Part shown: piece by piece, positions 1-9,883 of the stretch
How the letters are laid out: each line of letters starts with the position of its first letter
Numbering within the stretch: position 1 is the first letter of the stretch
Source of the DNA: Candidatus Saccharimonadota bacterium
GTDB taxonomy: Bacteria > Bacteroidota > Bacteroidia > Flavobacteriales > Blattabacteriaceae
Assembly: GCF_014252415.1 (NCBI RefSeq)
Contig: NZ_CP059223.1
Location: forward strand, 330,001-362,000
Direction: 5' to 3'
Length of the DNA stretch: 32,000 nucleotides
Made by a program: the position numbers and the translations under genes
Notes under the pieces: generated by a model
Database searches by the model: none
What the model saw: the letters and a program-made list of their open reading frames with translations, nothing else
Told to the model about the DNA's origin: nothing

Positions 1-40
1 TACGTAAAGAATTAAAAAATTAAAAAAACTTCATTCAATT

Positions 41-1084
41 ATGAAAACTTCAGATTTTAATTTTGAAAATCCTCTTGATCTTCTTGCTAAATTTCCATCT
101 CAAGAAAGAGATGAGTCTAAACTCATGATAATTCATAAAAATGATAAAAAAATTGAACACAAATTATTTAAAGATTTACATCATTATTTTAATGAAGGAG
201 ATTCTATAATATTAAATAATACAAAAGTATTTCCTGCAAGATTATTTGGAAATAAAGAAAAAACAGAAGCAAAAATAGAAGTTTTTTTACTTAGAGAATT
301 AGATCAAAAAGATAGAACATGGGATGTTTTAGTTGATCCAGCTAGAAAAGTTAGAGTAGGTAACAAATTAAATTTTGGATCTGAATTATCTGGAGAAGTA
401 ATAGATAATACAACCTCCAGAGGAAGAATTTTACAACTTAATTTCCCAGGAAATTATAATAGTCTTATAAAAAAAATAAAAGAAATAGGTCAAACTCCAC
501 TTCCAAAATATATAAATAGAGATCCAGAAGAAATTGATAAAAAACGATATCAAACTGTATATGCTACAAAAGAAGGATCTGTTGCGGCTCCTACAGCTGG
601 ATTACATTTTTCCAAATATTTGTTAAAAAAATTAGAACTAAAAGGAGTTAATTTAGTAGAAATTACTCTTCATTTAGGTTTAGGAAGTTTTATTCCAGTA
701 GAGGTAGAAGATATATCAAAACATAAAATGGATTCTGAAAAATGTTTTATAAACAAAACATCATGTGATATAATTAATAAAACAATAAAAAATAAAAAAA
801 GAATTTGTGCTGTAGGTACATCTTCTATGAGAGCAATAGAAAGCTCTATATCTTCTGATAAATATCTTAATCCATTTTCTGGATGGACTAATAAATTTAT
901 TTTTCCCCCTTATGATTTTAGTATTGCTAATTCTATGATTACAAATTTTCATATGCCAAAATCAACATTAATTATGATGACAGCTGCTTTTGCAGGTTTT
1001 GATTTAATTATGAATGCGTATAAAATAGCAATACAAAAAAAATATAGATTTTATTCATATGGAGATGTAATGTTGATTTTATAA
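41..1084 (+). CDS. queA: S-adenosylmethionine:tRNA ribosyltransferase-isomerase (queuosine biosynthesis)
   Basis: 347-aa ORF with QueA-diagnostic blocks [61 protein letters not shown] and C-terminal [12 protein letters not shown]. Confidence 0.93.
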   Translation: MKTSDFNFENPLDLLAKFPSQERDESKLMIIHKNDKKIEHKLFKDLHHYFNEGDSIILNNTKVFPARLFGNKEKTEAKIEVFLLRELDQKDRTWDVLVDPARKVRVGNKLNFGSELSGEVIDNTTSRGRILQLNFPGNYNSLIKKIKEIGQTPLPKYINRDPEEIDKKRYQTVYATKEGSVAAPTAGLHFSKYLLKKLELKGVNLVEITLHLGLGSFIPVEVEDISKHKMDSEKCFINKTSCDIINKTIKNKKRICAVGTSSMRAIESSISSDKYLNPFSGWTNKFIFPPYDFSIANSMITNFHMPKSTLIMMTAAFAGFDLIMNAYKIAIQKKYRFYSYGDVMLIL

Positions 1085-1098
1085 AAAAGTTTGATATT

Positions 1099-2064
1099 AT
1101 GAAAAAATTTTTGGAAAAGGCAAAAAAACCTATAAAAAAAGAAATTCAAAATTTTGAAAAAGAATTTTTTAATGTAATAAAAAGTGATGTTGATCTTATA
1201 AATGAGATTAGTAATTATATTTTAAAAAAAAAAGGAAAAATGATTCGTCCTATATTTGTTTTTTTAATTGCTAAAATGTTGGGCGTAATACAAAAAAAAA
1301 CTTATCATACAGCATATTTAATAGAATTAGTACACAACGCTACACTTGTTCATGATGATGTAATTGATAACAGTAACTTAAGAAGAGGTTTTTCTTCTAT
1401 AAATTCCATATGGAAAAATAAAATAGCGATATTGATCGGAGATTATCTTTTATCTAAAAGTTTATTAGTAGCCAGTAATAATAATTATTTGGATTTATTA
1501 AAAATTATTTGTAGAACGATTAATAATATGAGTGAAGGAGAACTATTGCAAATAGATAAATCTTATGATATTACTGAAAAAATTTATGATCAAATTATTT
1601 ATAAAAAAACTGCCAATTTAATTGCAGCATCTTGTGAATGTGGAGCAATATCTGTTAATGCTAATAATAAAGATATATTAAATATGAGAAAATTTGGAAC
1701 TCTTATTGGAATTGCATTTCAAATAAAAGATGATTTATTTGATTATGAAGATAATAATGATATAGGAAAACCAATAGGAATTGATTTTAAAGAAAAAAAA
1801 ATAACACTACCTATTATTTATACTATTAAAAAAGCATCTAAAAATGATAAAAGTTCAATTTTATATTTCATGAAAAATTATAATGAAAAAAAAAGAAAGG
1901 ATATAATATTTATTGTCAATAAGTATGGAGGAATAAGGTATGCTAAAAAAAAAATGATGGTTTTTTATAATAAAGCATTAAAAATATTAGAATTATATCC
2001 TGAAGGAACAATTAAAGAATCATTAAAGATTATGACAAAATTTATTGTTAAAAGAAATAAATAA
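1099..2064 (+). CDS. ispB: all-trans polyprenyl (octaprenyl-type) diphosphate synthase
   Basis: 321-aa ORF with first and second Asp-rich motifs of trans-prenyltransferases (LVHDDVIDNSNLRRG; FQIKDDLFDY). Chain length cannot be read from sequence. It would supply the menaquinone side chain. Confidence 0.85.
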   Translation: MKKFLEKAKKPIKKEIQNFEKEFFNVIKSDVDLINEISNYILKKKGKMIRPIFVFLIAKMLGVIQKKTYHTAYLIELVHNATLVHDDVIDNSNLRRGFSSINSIWKNKIAILIGDYLLSKSLLVASNNNYLDLLKIICRTINNMSEGELLQIDKSYDITEKIYDQIIYKKTANLIAASCECGAISVNANNKDILNMRKFGTLIGIAFQIKDDLFDYEDNNDIGKPIGIDFKEKKITLPIIYTIKKASKNDKSSILYFMKNYNEKKRKDIIFIVNKYGGIRYAKKKMMVFYNKALKILELYPEGTIKESLKIMTKFIVKRNK

Positions 2065-2069
2065 AAAAA

Positions 2070-4181
2070 ATGAAAGAAAATTTAGTTATTGTAGAATCCC
2101 CAACCAAAGCTAAGACAATACAAAAATTTTTAGGATCAAATTATTATGTTGTTTCCAGTTATGGACATATAATGGATTTACCAGAAAAAAAAATAGGAAT
2201 TCAAATTGAAAATAATTTTAATCCTGATTATGTTATATTAAAAAAAAAAAACAATTTAGTAAAAAGTTTAAAAATATTAGTAAAAAATTTTAAAATAATT
2301 TGGATAGCTTCGGACGAAGATCGTGAAGGAGAAGCTATTGCATATCAAATTAAAAAAATATTTTTTTTTCCAAAAAAAATATATAAAAGAATTGTTTTCA
2401 ATGAAATTACAAAAAATTCAATAATAAAATCTATTAAAAATCCTAGATCTATAAATTTTAATTTAGTTTATTCACAACAAACAAGAAGAATTATAGATAG
2501 GTTAGTAGGATTTCAATTATCTCCTTTATTATGGAAAAAAATTAAACCTAAACTTTCTGCAGGAAGAGTTCAATCTGTTGCTCTCAGATTAATTGTAGAA
2601 AGAGAGAATAAGATAAAAAACATAATTCCAATTAGGACGTATCAAATAAATGGGGTTTTTAAAATTAAAAATAGTGATCAAATTATTCATACAAAATTAA
2701 ATAAAAATATAGAAGATAAAAATAAAGTTCAAGAATTAATGAAATTATGTCTTCATAATAATTTCGTTATAGAAAAAATTACAGAAAGTTATGAAAAAAG
2801 ATCATCTCCAAAACCATTTACTACATCTTCTCTTCAACAAGAATCATTTAATCAATTAAAATTTTCTATATCAAAAACAATGTACCTTGCACAAGGATTA
2901 TATGAAAAAGGTTTTATTACTTATATTCGTACAGATAATCAAAAATTGTCTTCTTTTATTATATCAAAAATAAAAGAATATATAGAAGAAACTTATGGTC
3001 ATAAATATTTATTAATTAAAGTAAATCAATCATCAAATAAATTTTCTCAAGAATCTCATGAAGCGATTCGTCCTACAATCATTAATTATAAAAATAAATA
3101 TCTGGAATCATTAAATGAAAATGAAAAAAAGCTTTATAAATTAATATGGAATCGTACTATTATGAGTCAAATGAAAGATACTATTTTTAAAAAAAAATTT
3201 TTTTATATAAAATTTTCTTCATTTAATAATTTTTTTATTGGAAATGAAAAAATTATTGAATTTGATGGTTATATGAAAATAAGTAATATTAAAAATAAAA
3301 ATAATGTTTTCTCTTTTAAATTAGAAAAAGGTTCTTTGTTAGAAAGAAAAGAAATTATAGCTAAACAAATTATAAAAAATAATTTATACAGATATAATGA
3401 ATCATCTTTAGTTAAAGATTTAGAAAATTTTGGAATAGGAAGGCCTTCTACTTATGTCCCAATAATCTTTACTATTCAAAAAAGAAATTATGTTAATATT
3501 CAAAAAATTATTAAAGAAAAAATATTATATGAAACTTTCACTTTAAAAGAAAAAAGCAATAGTATATCTAATATTAACGAATATAAAATTAAAATAGAAA
3601 AAAATAAATTTATTCCTACAGAAATGGGGATATTAATAACTAATTTTTTAAAAAAATATTTTAAAGAAATAATAAATTATAATTTTACTGCTAATTTAGA
3701 GAAAAAGTTTGATGATGTTGCCAAAGGCAATATAAATTGGGTAAATGTTGTAAAGGATTTTTATAAAGATTTTTATAAAAAATTATCTTATGTCAATAGT
3801 AATGTTAAAAAAATTTATAATAAAAATTTTATTGGTATAGATCCTAAATCTAATAAAAAAATATATTCAAGAATAGCTAAATTTGGACCAGTTATACAAC
3901 TAGGAGATTTTAATAAAAAAAAAGAAAAACCAAAATTTTTTCCTTTATTAAATAGTCATAAAATTGATTCTATATCTTTTGATGATGCTATAAAAATTAT
4001 TAATTTACCAAAATCTATAGGATTTTTTAAAAACAAAGAAATTGTATTGAAAATGAATAAATATAATATATATATTCAATATAATAATAAATTAATATCA
4101 ATTGAAAAAGAAGAGTTTTTTAAAAATTTAATTGATTTAAAAAAAGCTATTAAGATTATTAATAATTACGAAAAAAAATAA
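2070..4181 (+). CDS. topA: DNA topoisomerase I (type IA)
   Basis: 703 aa. Toprim N-terminus LVIVESPTKAKTI and DEDREGEAIA; active-site Tyr block GFITYIRTDN; GIGRPSTY. The C-terminus has Cys-free repeats (AKFGPVIQLGD, KYNIYIQYNNK) instead of zinc ribbons. Confidence 0.93.
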   Translation: MKENLVIVESPTKAKTIQKFLGSNYYVVSSYGHIMDLPEKKIGIQIENNFNPDYVILKKKNNLVKSLKILVKNFKIIWIASDEDREGEAIAYQIKKIFFFPKKIYKRIVFNEITKNSIIKSIKNPRSINFNLVYSQQTRRIIDRLVGFQLSPLLWKKIKPKLSAGRVQSVALRLIVERENKIKNIIPIRTYQINGVFKIKNSDQIIHTKLNKNIEDKNKVQELMKLCLHNNFVIEKITESYEKRSSPKPFTTSSLQQESFNQLKFSISKTMYLAQGLYEKGFITYIRTDNQKLSSFIISKIKEYIEETYGHKYLLIKVNQSSNKFSQESHEAIRPTIINYKNKYLESLNENEKKLYKLIWNRTIMSQMKDTIFKKKFFYIKFSSFNNFFIGNEKIIEFDGYMKISNIKNKNNVFSFKLEKGSLLERKEIIAKQIIKNNLYRYNESSLVKDLENFGIGRPSTYVPIIFTIQKRNYVNIQKIIKEKILYETFTLKEKSNSISNINEYKIKIEKNKFIPTEMGILITNFLKKYFKEIINYNFTANLEKKFDDVAKGNINWVNVVKDFYKDFYKKLSYVNSNVKKIYNKNFIGIDPKSNKKIYSRIAKFGPVIQLGDFNKKKEKPKFFPLLNSHKIDSISFDDAIKIINLPKSIGFFKNKEIVLKMNKYNIYIQYNNKLISIEKEEFFKNLIDLKKAIKIINNYEKK

Positions 4182-4184
4182 TAA

Positions 4185-4607
4185 CTAATTATCAAAATAT
4201 TTTTGATTTAAATAAGTAGTAGGATAGGCTTGATCATGTCCAGTTCTTCTAACATGATCCAAATATGTAGGGATATAAGATAATGCTTTAACTCTATCGG
4301 ATAAAGACATTCTATTCCATATATTTTCAGCCATCTTTTTCTTTCCTACTTTATATTTATAATCTGTCCAAAATCGATTAAATGATAAATCTGTAGGTAT
4401 TTCCTCTATAGAAAAAGATGATTTTGATTCCTTCATTTTATTAATAATAGACTCGTTATATGGTAAATATTTACCAATCCATCTATAATGAGATAAAGAT
4501 AATTTTTTTGGAAAAATAATTTCTCTTAAATAACCATCTAAATCATATTTAAAAATTATTTCTCCAGAAACTAAGTGACTTCTAAATATATATTGTTTAC
4601 CTTTCAT
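4185..4607 (-). CDS. conserved hypothetical protein (140 aa), function unknown
   Basis: Uninterrupted 140-codon ORF in about 80% A+T DNA, which is unlikely by chance. It fills the gap between topA and rsmI exactly. The C-terminal half carries an ordered aromatic/basic motif FNRFWTDYKYKVGKKKMAENIWNRM...YPTTYLNQKYFDN. I cannot assign a family by eye. Confidence 0.6.
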   Translation of the reverse strand: MKGKQYIFRSHLVSGEIIFKYDLDGYLREIIFPKKLSLSHYRWIGKYLPYNESIINKMKESKSSFSIEEIPTDLSFNRFWTDYKYKVGKKKMAENIWNRMSLSDRVKALSYIPTYLDHVRRTGHDQAYPTTYLNQKYFDN

Positions 4608-4733
4608 TATTATCTATTTCATAGCAAATAATAAATAATAAAAAAATAAGAAAAAATTAATAACCAATATATTAAGAATCATTAACGATTTTTAGATTTA
4701 AAAAAATTTTTTAACAACATTTTATTAAAAATT

Positions 4734-5402
4734 ATGTTATATATAGTTCCTACTCCTATAGGAAATTTAGAAGATTTCTCTTTTAGAAGTATAAGAATTC
4801 TAAAGGAAGTTAGTTTAATATTAGTAGAAAGTTATAAAATATCTAATAAATTATTAAAATTTTACAATATAAAAACAAATTTAATCAAATATCATATACA
4901 TAATGAGCATAAAATTATTCCATTTATTACTAAAAAAATAAAAGAAGGAAAAAATATTGCATTAATATCTAATGCCGGAACCCCTGGTATTTCTGATCCA
5001 GGATATTTACTGATTAGACGTTGTATAGAATTATCTATATATGTAGATTGTTTACCAGGTGCTACTGCATTAATTCCATCATTAGTAATTTCTGGGATTC
5101 CAATAAATGAATTTATATTTATTGGTTTTTTACCAAAAAAAAAAAGAAATATTAAACTAGAAAACTTATCTAAAGAAAATAGAACTATTGTTCTATATGA
5201 ATCTCCCTATAGACTATTAAAAACATTAAATGATATAAAAATTTTTTTTGGTATTAAAACATATGTTGTTTTATGTAAAGAAATTTCTAAAATTCATCAA
5301 AATACTGTAAGAGGCAATATAAAAGATGTTTTATCTTTTTATAAAGATAAAAAAAAAAATATATTAGGAGAATATACCATAGTTATAAAAACTAATAATT
5401 AA
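4734..5402 (+). CDS. rsmI: 16S rRNA (cytidine1402-2'-O)-methyltransferase
   Basis: 222 aa. N-terminus LYIVPTPIGNLEDFSFRSIRILKEV and SAM-binding block NAGTPGISDPGYLLIR are typical of RsmI. Confidence 0.9.
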   Translation: MLYIVPTPIGNLEDFSFRSIRILKEVSLILVESYKISNKLLKFYNIKTNLIKYHIHNEHKIIPFITKKIKEGKNIALISNAGTPGISDPGYLLIRRCIELSIYVDCLPGATALIPSLVISGIPINEFIFIGFLPKKKRNIKLENLSKENRTIVLYESPYRLLKTLNDIKIFFGIKTYVVLCKEISKIHQNTVRGNIKDVLSFYKDKKKNILGEYTIVIKTNN

Positions 5403-6394
5403 ACATATTTTTTTTTAATTAAAAATTTTGCTATTTGAATAGCATTAGTTGCAGATCCTTTTCTTAGATTATCCGATACAATCCAAATATTGATAGAATT
5501 TAAATAAGAATTATCCATTCTAATTCTACCAACAAAAACTTCATCTTTTCCATGAGAAAAAATTGGCATTGGATAAATATTATTCTCAGGTTTATCTTGA
5601 ACTACTATACCTTTTGTTTTCATTAAAATTTCTTTTATATAATTTATATTTATATTTTTTTTAAATGTTATATTAACACTCTCGGAATGACCTCCTATAA
5701 CAGGTACTCTAACTGAAGTCGCAGTTATAGAAATATTATTATCATTCATTATTTTTTTTGTCTCATTTATTAATTTCATCTCTTCTAAAGTATATCCATT
5801 GTTAGTAAAATTATCACATTGTGGAATGACGTTTTGATGAATAGGATATGGATATATTTTTTTATTAGAGAATCCTTTTGATTTTTCTTCTTCTAATTGA
5901 TCTAAAGCTTTTTTTCCTGTTCCCGTAACTGATTGATAAGTAGAAACAATTACTCTATCTATAGAAAAAATTTTATGTAAAGGATGTAAGACCATTACTA
6001 ATTGTATAGTTGAACAATTTGGATTAGAAATAATTTTATCTTTTTTCTTTAATAGAAAATCATTTACTTCTGGTATAATTAATTTTTTTTCAGGATCCAT
6101 TCTCCATGCAGATGAATTGTCTATAACAAAAGATCCAATATTAGAAAATTTTTTAGCCCAGTTTTTAGATATTTTTGATCCAGCTGAAAATAAAACAATA
6201 TTAGGTTTTTTTAAAATTAACTCATTTATCCCAATTATTTTATAACTTTTTCCTTTAAAAAATATTTCTTTTCCAATAGAACGATTGGATGCAGATAAAT
6301 ATAAATCAAATAAAATTGTTTCTTTCTCAAGAATATCCATTATTACACGTCCTACCATTCCGGTAGCTCCAACTATTCCTATTCTCAATTTCAT
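5399..6394 (-). CDS. asd: aspartate-semialdehyde dehydrogenase
   Basis: 331 aa. NAD(P) fold IGIVGATGMVG, active-site Cys block NPNCSTIQLV, and SDNLRKGSATNAIQIA near the C-terminus. Shares a 4-nt TTAA stop/stop overlap with rsmI. Confidence 0.93.
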   Translation of the reverse strand: MKLRIGIVGATGMVGRVIMDILEKETILFDLYLSASNRSIGKEIFFKGKSYKIIGINELILKKPNIVLFSAGSKISKNWAKKFSNIGSFVIDNSSAWRMDPEKKLIIPEVNDFLLKKKDKIISNPNCSTIQLVMVLHPLHKIFSIDRVIVSTYQSVTGTGKKALDQLEEEKSKGFSNKKIYPYPIHQNVIPQCDNFTNNGYTLEEMKLINETKKIMNDNNISITATSVRVPVIGGHSESVNITFKKNININYIKEILMKTKGIVVQDKPENNIYPMPIFSHGKDEVFVGRIRMDNSYLNSINIWIVSDNLRKGSATNAIQIAKFLIKKKYV

Positions 6395-6426
6395 AAATAA
6401 ATTTAAAAAAACAAATTTATATATTA

Positions 6427-6999
6427 ATGATGAAACAAGGAAAAATAATTATTTTATCTGGACCATCTGGTAGTGGAAAAACTACGATATCAAATTATCT
6501 TATATCAAAAATTTCAAATCTAAAATTATCAATATCATGTACAACAAGAAAAATTAGAATAAATGAAAAAAATGGAAAAGATTATCATTTCATTTCTAAA
6601 AAAATTTTTAAATCAAAAATACTAAAACATCAATTTATAGAATGGGAAGAAGTTTATAAAAATATTTTTTATGGTACATTAAAAGATGAAATAAATCATA
6701 TATGTAAAATAAAAAAAAATATTTTATTTGATGTTGACGTTAAAGGAAGTATAAATTTAAAAAAATTATATAAAAAACAATCTATATCTATATTTATATT
6801 AACAAATACTAAAAAAGAATTGGAAAAAAGACTTATTAATAGAAAATCTGATGATTATGAAAAAATAAAAATTCGTTTAAAAAAAGTAGAAGAAGAAAAT
6901 AATTATGCTAATTTTTTTGATTTTATTATCTTAAATAAAAATTTAGAAAAAACAAAAAATAAAATATTTAAAATAGTATCTAATTTTATTAAAAATTAA
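6427..6999 (+). CDS. gmk: guanylate kinase
   Basis: 190 aa. P-loop LSGPSGSGKTT and TTRKIRINEKNGKDYHF (the TTR..R.gE..G.dY.F block). The start could be Met1 or Met2. Confidence 0.92.
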   Translation: MMKQGKIIILSGPSGSGKTTISNYLISKISNLKLSISCTTRKIRINEKNGKDYHFISKKIFKSKILKHQFIEWEEVYKNIFYGTLKDEINHICKIKKNILFDVDVKGSINLKKLYKKQSISIFILTNTKKELEKRLINRKSDDYEKIKIRLKKVEEENNYANFFDFIILNKNLEKTKNKIFKIVSNFIKN

Positions 7000-7020
7000 C
7001 AATTAAATAAAATTATAAAA

Positions 7021-7094
7021 CTCCCTAGGTTGGATTCGAACCAACGACACCCTGATTAACAGTCAGGTGCTCTAACCAACTGAGCTACTAGGGA
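7021..7094 (-). tRNA. tRNA-Asn (anticodon GTT)
   Basis: The reverse complement folds as a cloverleaf: acceptor TCCCTAG/CTAGGGA fully paired, D arm GCTC..GAGC, anticodon arm CCTGA-CTGTTAA-TCAGG, T arm GTTGG-TTCGAAT-CCAAC, discriminator G. No CCA is encoded. It is a local GC-rich island in AT-rich DNA. Confidence 0.93.
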
Positions 7095-7104
7095 ATAAAT
7101 TCAA

Positions 7105-7545
7105 TTAAGAGTTAATTGGTATTTTGTCTATTCTTTTTCTATGTCTTCCTTCATCAAAATTTGTTATAAAAAATATTTTTATAATTTCTAATATTTTGCT
7201 TTTTTTTATAAAACGAGCAGGTAAACTGATTACATTTGCATCATTATGTTTCCTTGCTAAGACAGTTATTTCTTTATTCCATACTAAAGCTGCACGAATT
7301 CTTTTATATTTATTAGCAATCATTGCTGCTCCATTTCCTGTTCCACATATTACTATGCCAAAATGGGCAATTCCATCATTTACATATTTAACCGTAGGAT
7401 GAATAAAATCTGGATAATCCACTTTTTTACCATTTCTTTCATTAAAACCAAAATCCATTATTTTATATCCTTTTTTTTTTAAAAAATTTTTTATTAAACA
7501 TTTATGATCTATTCCTGTATGATCTGAACCAATTGATATTATCAT
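7105..7545 (-). CDS. rpiB: ribose-5-phosphate isomerase B
   Basis: 146 aa. N-terminal IGSDHTG, catalytic block ICGTGNGAAMIANK, and RHRKRIDKI near the C-terminus, typical of RpiB/LacAB. Confidence 0.9.
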   Translation of the reverse strand: MIISIGSDHTGIDHKCLIKNFLKKKGYKIMDFGFNERNGKKVDYPDFIHPTVKYVNDGIAHFGIVICGTGNGAAMIANKYKRIRAALVWNKEITVLARKHNDANVISLPARFIKKSKILEIIKIFFITNFDEGRHRKRIDKIPINS

Positions 7546-7627
7546 TAATTTTTTTACTTAAATGCAATATAATAAAAAATTTTTCATATTTTTTTAATTT
7601 TAACATAAAACAGTCGAATAAAATTTT

Positions 7628-8824
7628 ATGAAAAAGATTAAAGATGTAAATGATTTTAATTTTAAAGATAAAACAGTTTTATTGAGAGTAGATTATAATG
7701 TTCCTATTAATCAATATGGAAAAATTACGGATGAAACACGTATTAATTATTCATTACCTACTATTAATAAAATACTATTTGATAAAGGAAAAATTGTTAT
7801 TATATCTCATTTTGGAAGACCTAAAGGTGTATTTAACAATAAATATTCTTTAAAATTTTTAATACCAATTTTATCAAAAAAATTAAAAAAATATATTTTC
7901 TTTTGTGATAAAGTAATAGGAAATTCAACAGAAGAAAAAATTAAAAATCTTAAAAATGGAGAAATTATTTTATTAGAAAATTTACGTTTTTATAAAGAAG
8001 AAGAGAATGGCGATAAACAATTTTCATATATTTTATCAAAATATGGAGATATTTATGTAAATGATGCGTTTGGAGCTTCTCATAGAGAACATTCATCAAT
8101 AACAATATTACCAAAATTTTTTAATAAAAAATGTATAGGTCTTTTAATGAAAAAAGAAATACTTAATTTAAGTATTTTTTTTTCAAAAAAAATAAATAGC
8201 CCTATTACTATTATATTAGGTGGAGCAAAAATAGAATCAAAAATAAATTTTATAAAAAATTTTATGAAATTTGCCGATTATTTATTGATAGGTGGAGGTA
8301 TGTCATATCCATTTATAAAAATAGATGGAGGAAATGTTGGAAATTCTATTATTGACAATATTCAATCTAAAATACAATTAATAAAAGAAATTTTATACGA
8401 AAATAAAATTAAAAATATTATTTATTTTCCATATGATGTTATTGCTATAAAATCTAATGATGATAATAATATAAAAATTGTACCTATTCATTCTATACCA
8501 AATAATTGGAAAGGATTAGATATAGGACCTAATTCTATAAAAAATTTTTGTAATATTATTAATAAATCTAAAACTATATTATGGAATGGTCCAATGGGAC
8601 TATTTGAAAAAAAAATTTTTTCTATAGGAACAATTTCAATTGCAAAAGCAATTATAAAAAGAAGAAATAATGCATTTACTGTAGTAGGTGGTGGAGATTC
8701 TATACTTGCATTAAAAATGATAAAAAGTATAACTAAAATTAGTTATTTGTCTACTGGAGGTGGAGCTATGTTAGAATTTATAAAAAATAAAACTTTACCA
8801 GGAATAAATGCAATAAGTTTATAA
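7628..8824 (+). CDS. pgk: phosphoglycerate kinase
   Basis: 398 aa with RVDYNVP, SHFGRPKG, ENLRFYKEEE, VNDAFGASHREHSS, GGGDS and STGGGAMLEF blocks. Confidence 0.95.
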   Translation: MKKIKDVNDFNFKDKTVLLRVDYNVPINQYGKITDETRINYSLPTINKILFDKGKIVIISHFGRPKGVFNNKYSLKFLIPILSKKLKKYIFFCDKVIGNSTEEKIKNLKNGEIILLENLRFYKEEENGDKQFSYILSKYGDIYVNDAFGASHREHSSITILPKFFNKKCIGLLMKKEILNLSIFFSKKINSPITIILGGAKIESKINFIKNFMKFADYLLIGGGMSYPFIKIDGGNVGNSIIDNIQSKIQLIKEILYENKIKNIIYFPYDVIAIKSNDDNNIKIVPIHSIPNNWKGLDIGPNSIKNFCNIINKSKTILWNGPMGLFEKKIFSIGTISIAKAIIKRRNNAFTVVGGGDSILALKMIKSITKISYLSTGGGAMLEFIKNKTLPGINAISL

Positions 8825-8875
8825 AAAATCAAGTTTTTAATTATATTTGTAATAAATTAATACTAATTAAAATTT

Positions 8876-9490
8876 ATGTTATTTAAACTTCCAAAATTAT
8901 CATATTCATATAAGGATTTTGAACCATATATTGATGCAAAAACTATGGAAATTCACTATAAAAAACATCATTTTACTTATATTAATAATTTGAATAATTC
9001 AATTATAAATACCGATATGAAAGATCTTTCTATAGATGAAATCTTAAGAAGATCGCATATTGAGTCTCCAATTATAAAAAATAATGGAGGGGGGGTTTAT
9101 AACCATAATTTATTTTGGAAAATATTAATTCCTTCATTAAAATTTACTTTACCAAGTAAATATTTTAGTAATATATTAAATGAAAATTTTGATTCGATAG
9201 AAAACTTTAAAAAAAAGTTTTCAGATGTTGCATTAAAAATATTTGGATCTGGATGGGCATGGTTATGTGTAAATAATAATAATCAATTAAGTATATGTAG
9301 TACACATAATCAAGATAATCCTATTATGTATGGATCAGAATGTGATGGAATTCCTATATTAGGTTTAGATGTATGGGAACATGCTTATTATCTTAAATAT
9401 CAAAACAGAAGATCAGATTATATATATTCTTTTTGGAAAATAATAAATTGGAAAGAAGTAGAAAACAATTATAAAAATTCAATAAAATAA
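8876..9490 (+). CDS. sodA: superoxide dismutase, Fe/Mn family
   Basis: 204 aa with LPKLSYSYKDFEPYID, metal-ligand blocks HYKKHH and DVWEHAYYLKYQNRR. Metal specificity (Mn or Fe) cannot be decided by eye. Confidence 0.88.
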   Translation: MLFKLPKLSYSYKDFEPYIDAKTMEIHYKKHHFTYINNLNNSIINTDMKDLSIDEILRRSHIESPIIKNNGGGVYNHNLFWKILIPSLKFTLPSKYFSNILNENFDSIENFKKKFSDVALKIFGSGWAWLCVNNNNQLSICSTHNQDNPIMYGSECDGIPILGLDVWEHAYYLKYQNRRSDYIYSFWKIINWKEVENNYKNSIK

Positions 9491-9491
9491 A

Positions 9492-9842
9492 TTGGGGTTA
9501 ATCATATTAGATAATATAAGATTATTCGGATTTCATGGTTGTTTTCCAGAAGAAAAATTAGTTGGATCTAATTTTTCTATAAAATTAGAAGTAAAAATAG
9601 ATATTAAAGACCCTATTAATGATGATATATCTGAAACTGTTGATTATATTTTTCTTTATAAGATAGTTGAAGAAGAAATGAAAATACCATCTAAGATAAT
9701 GGAATTTCTAGCAAAAAGAATAATTAAAAGAATTAATAAAATAAATAAAATAAAATATACAAAAATAAAAATATGTAAAGAAAATCCTCCAATAAATGGA
9801 ATAATGGATAAATTCTGTATAATAATGGAGGAAAAAATATAA
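9492..9842 (+). CDS. folB: dihydroneopterin aldolase
   Basis: 116 aa. LFGFHGCFPEEKLVGSNFSIKLEV...ISETVDYIFLYKIV matches the FolB pattern G.HG....E...GQ.F.vdl...tvdY. The only plausible initiator is TTG at 9492, one nt after the sod stop; the first in-frame ATG is at codon 63. Confidence 0.78.
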   Translation: MGLIILDNIRLFGFHGCFPEEKLVGSNFSIKLEVKIDIKDPINDDISETVDYIFLYKIVEEEMKIPSKIMEFLAKRIIKRINKINKIKYTKIKICKENPPINGIMDKFCIIMEEKI

Positions 9843-9883
9843 TATTTTTTTAATTTTTTTTTATTTAAAGTATTAAAGGAATA

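Noticed and set aside
4182-4184. Rho-independent terminators at convergent gene ends (topA/orphan 4182-4184, rnr/coaD 15579-15589, mrcA/cysJ 18966-18993, and downstream of gmk, pgk and folB).
   Set aside because: The gaps are 3-28 bp or lack any GC-containing stem followed by a T-run that stands out from the background. No terminator can be supported.
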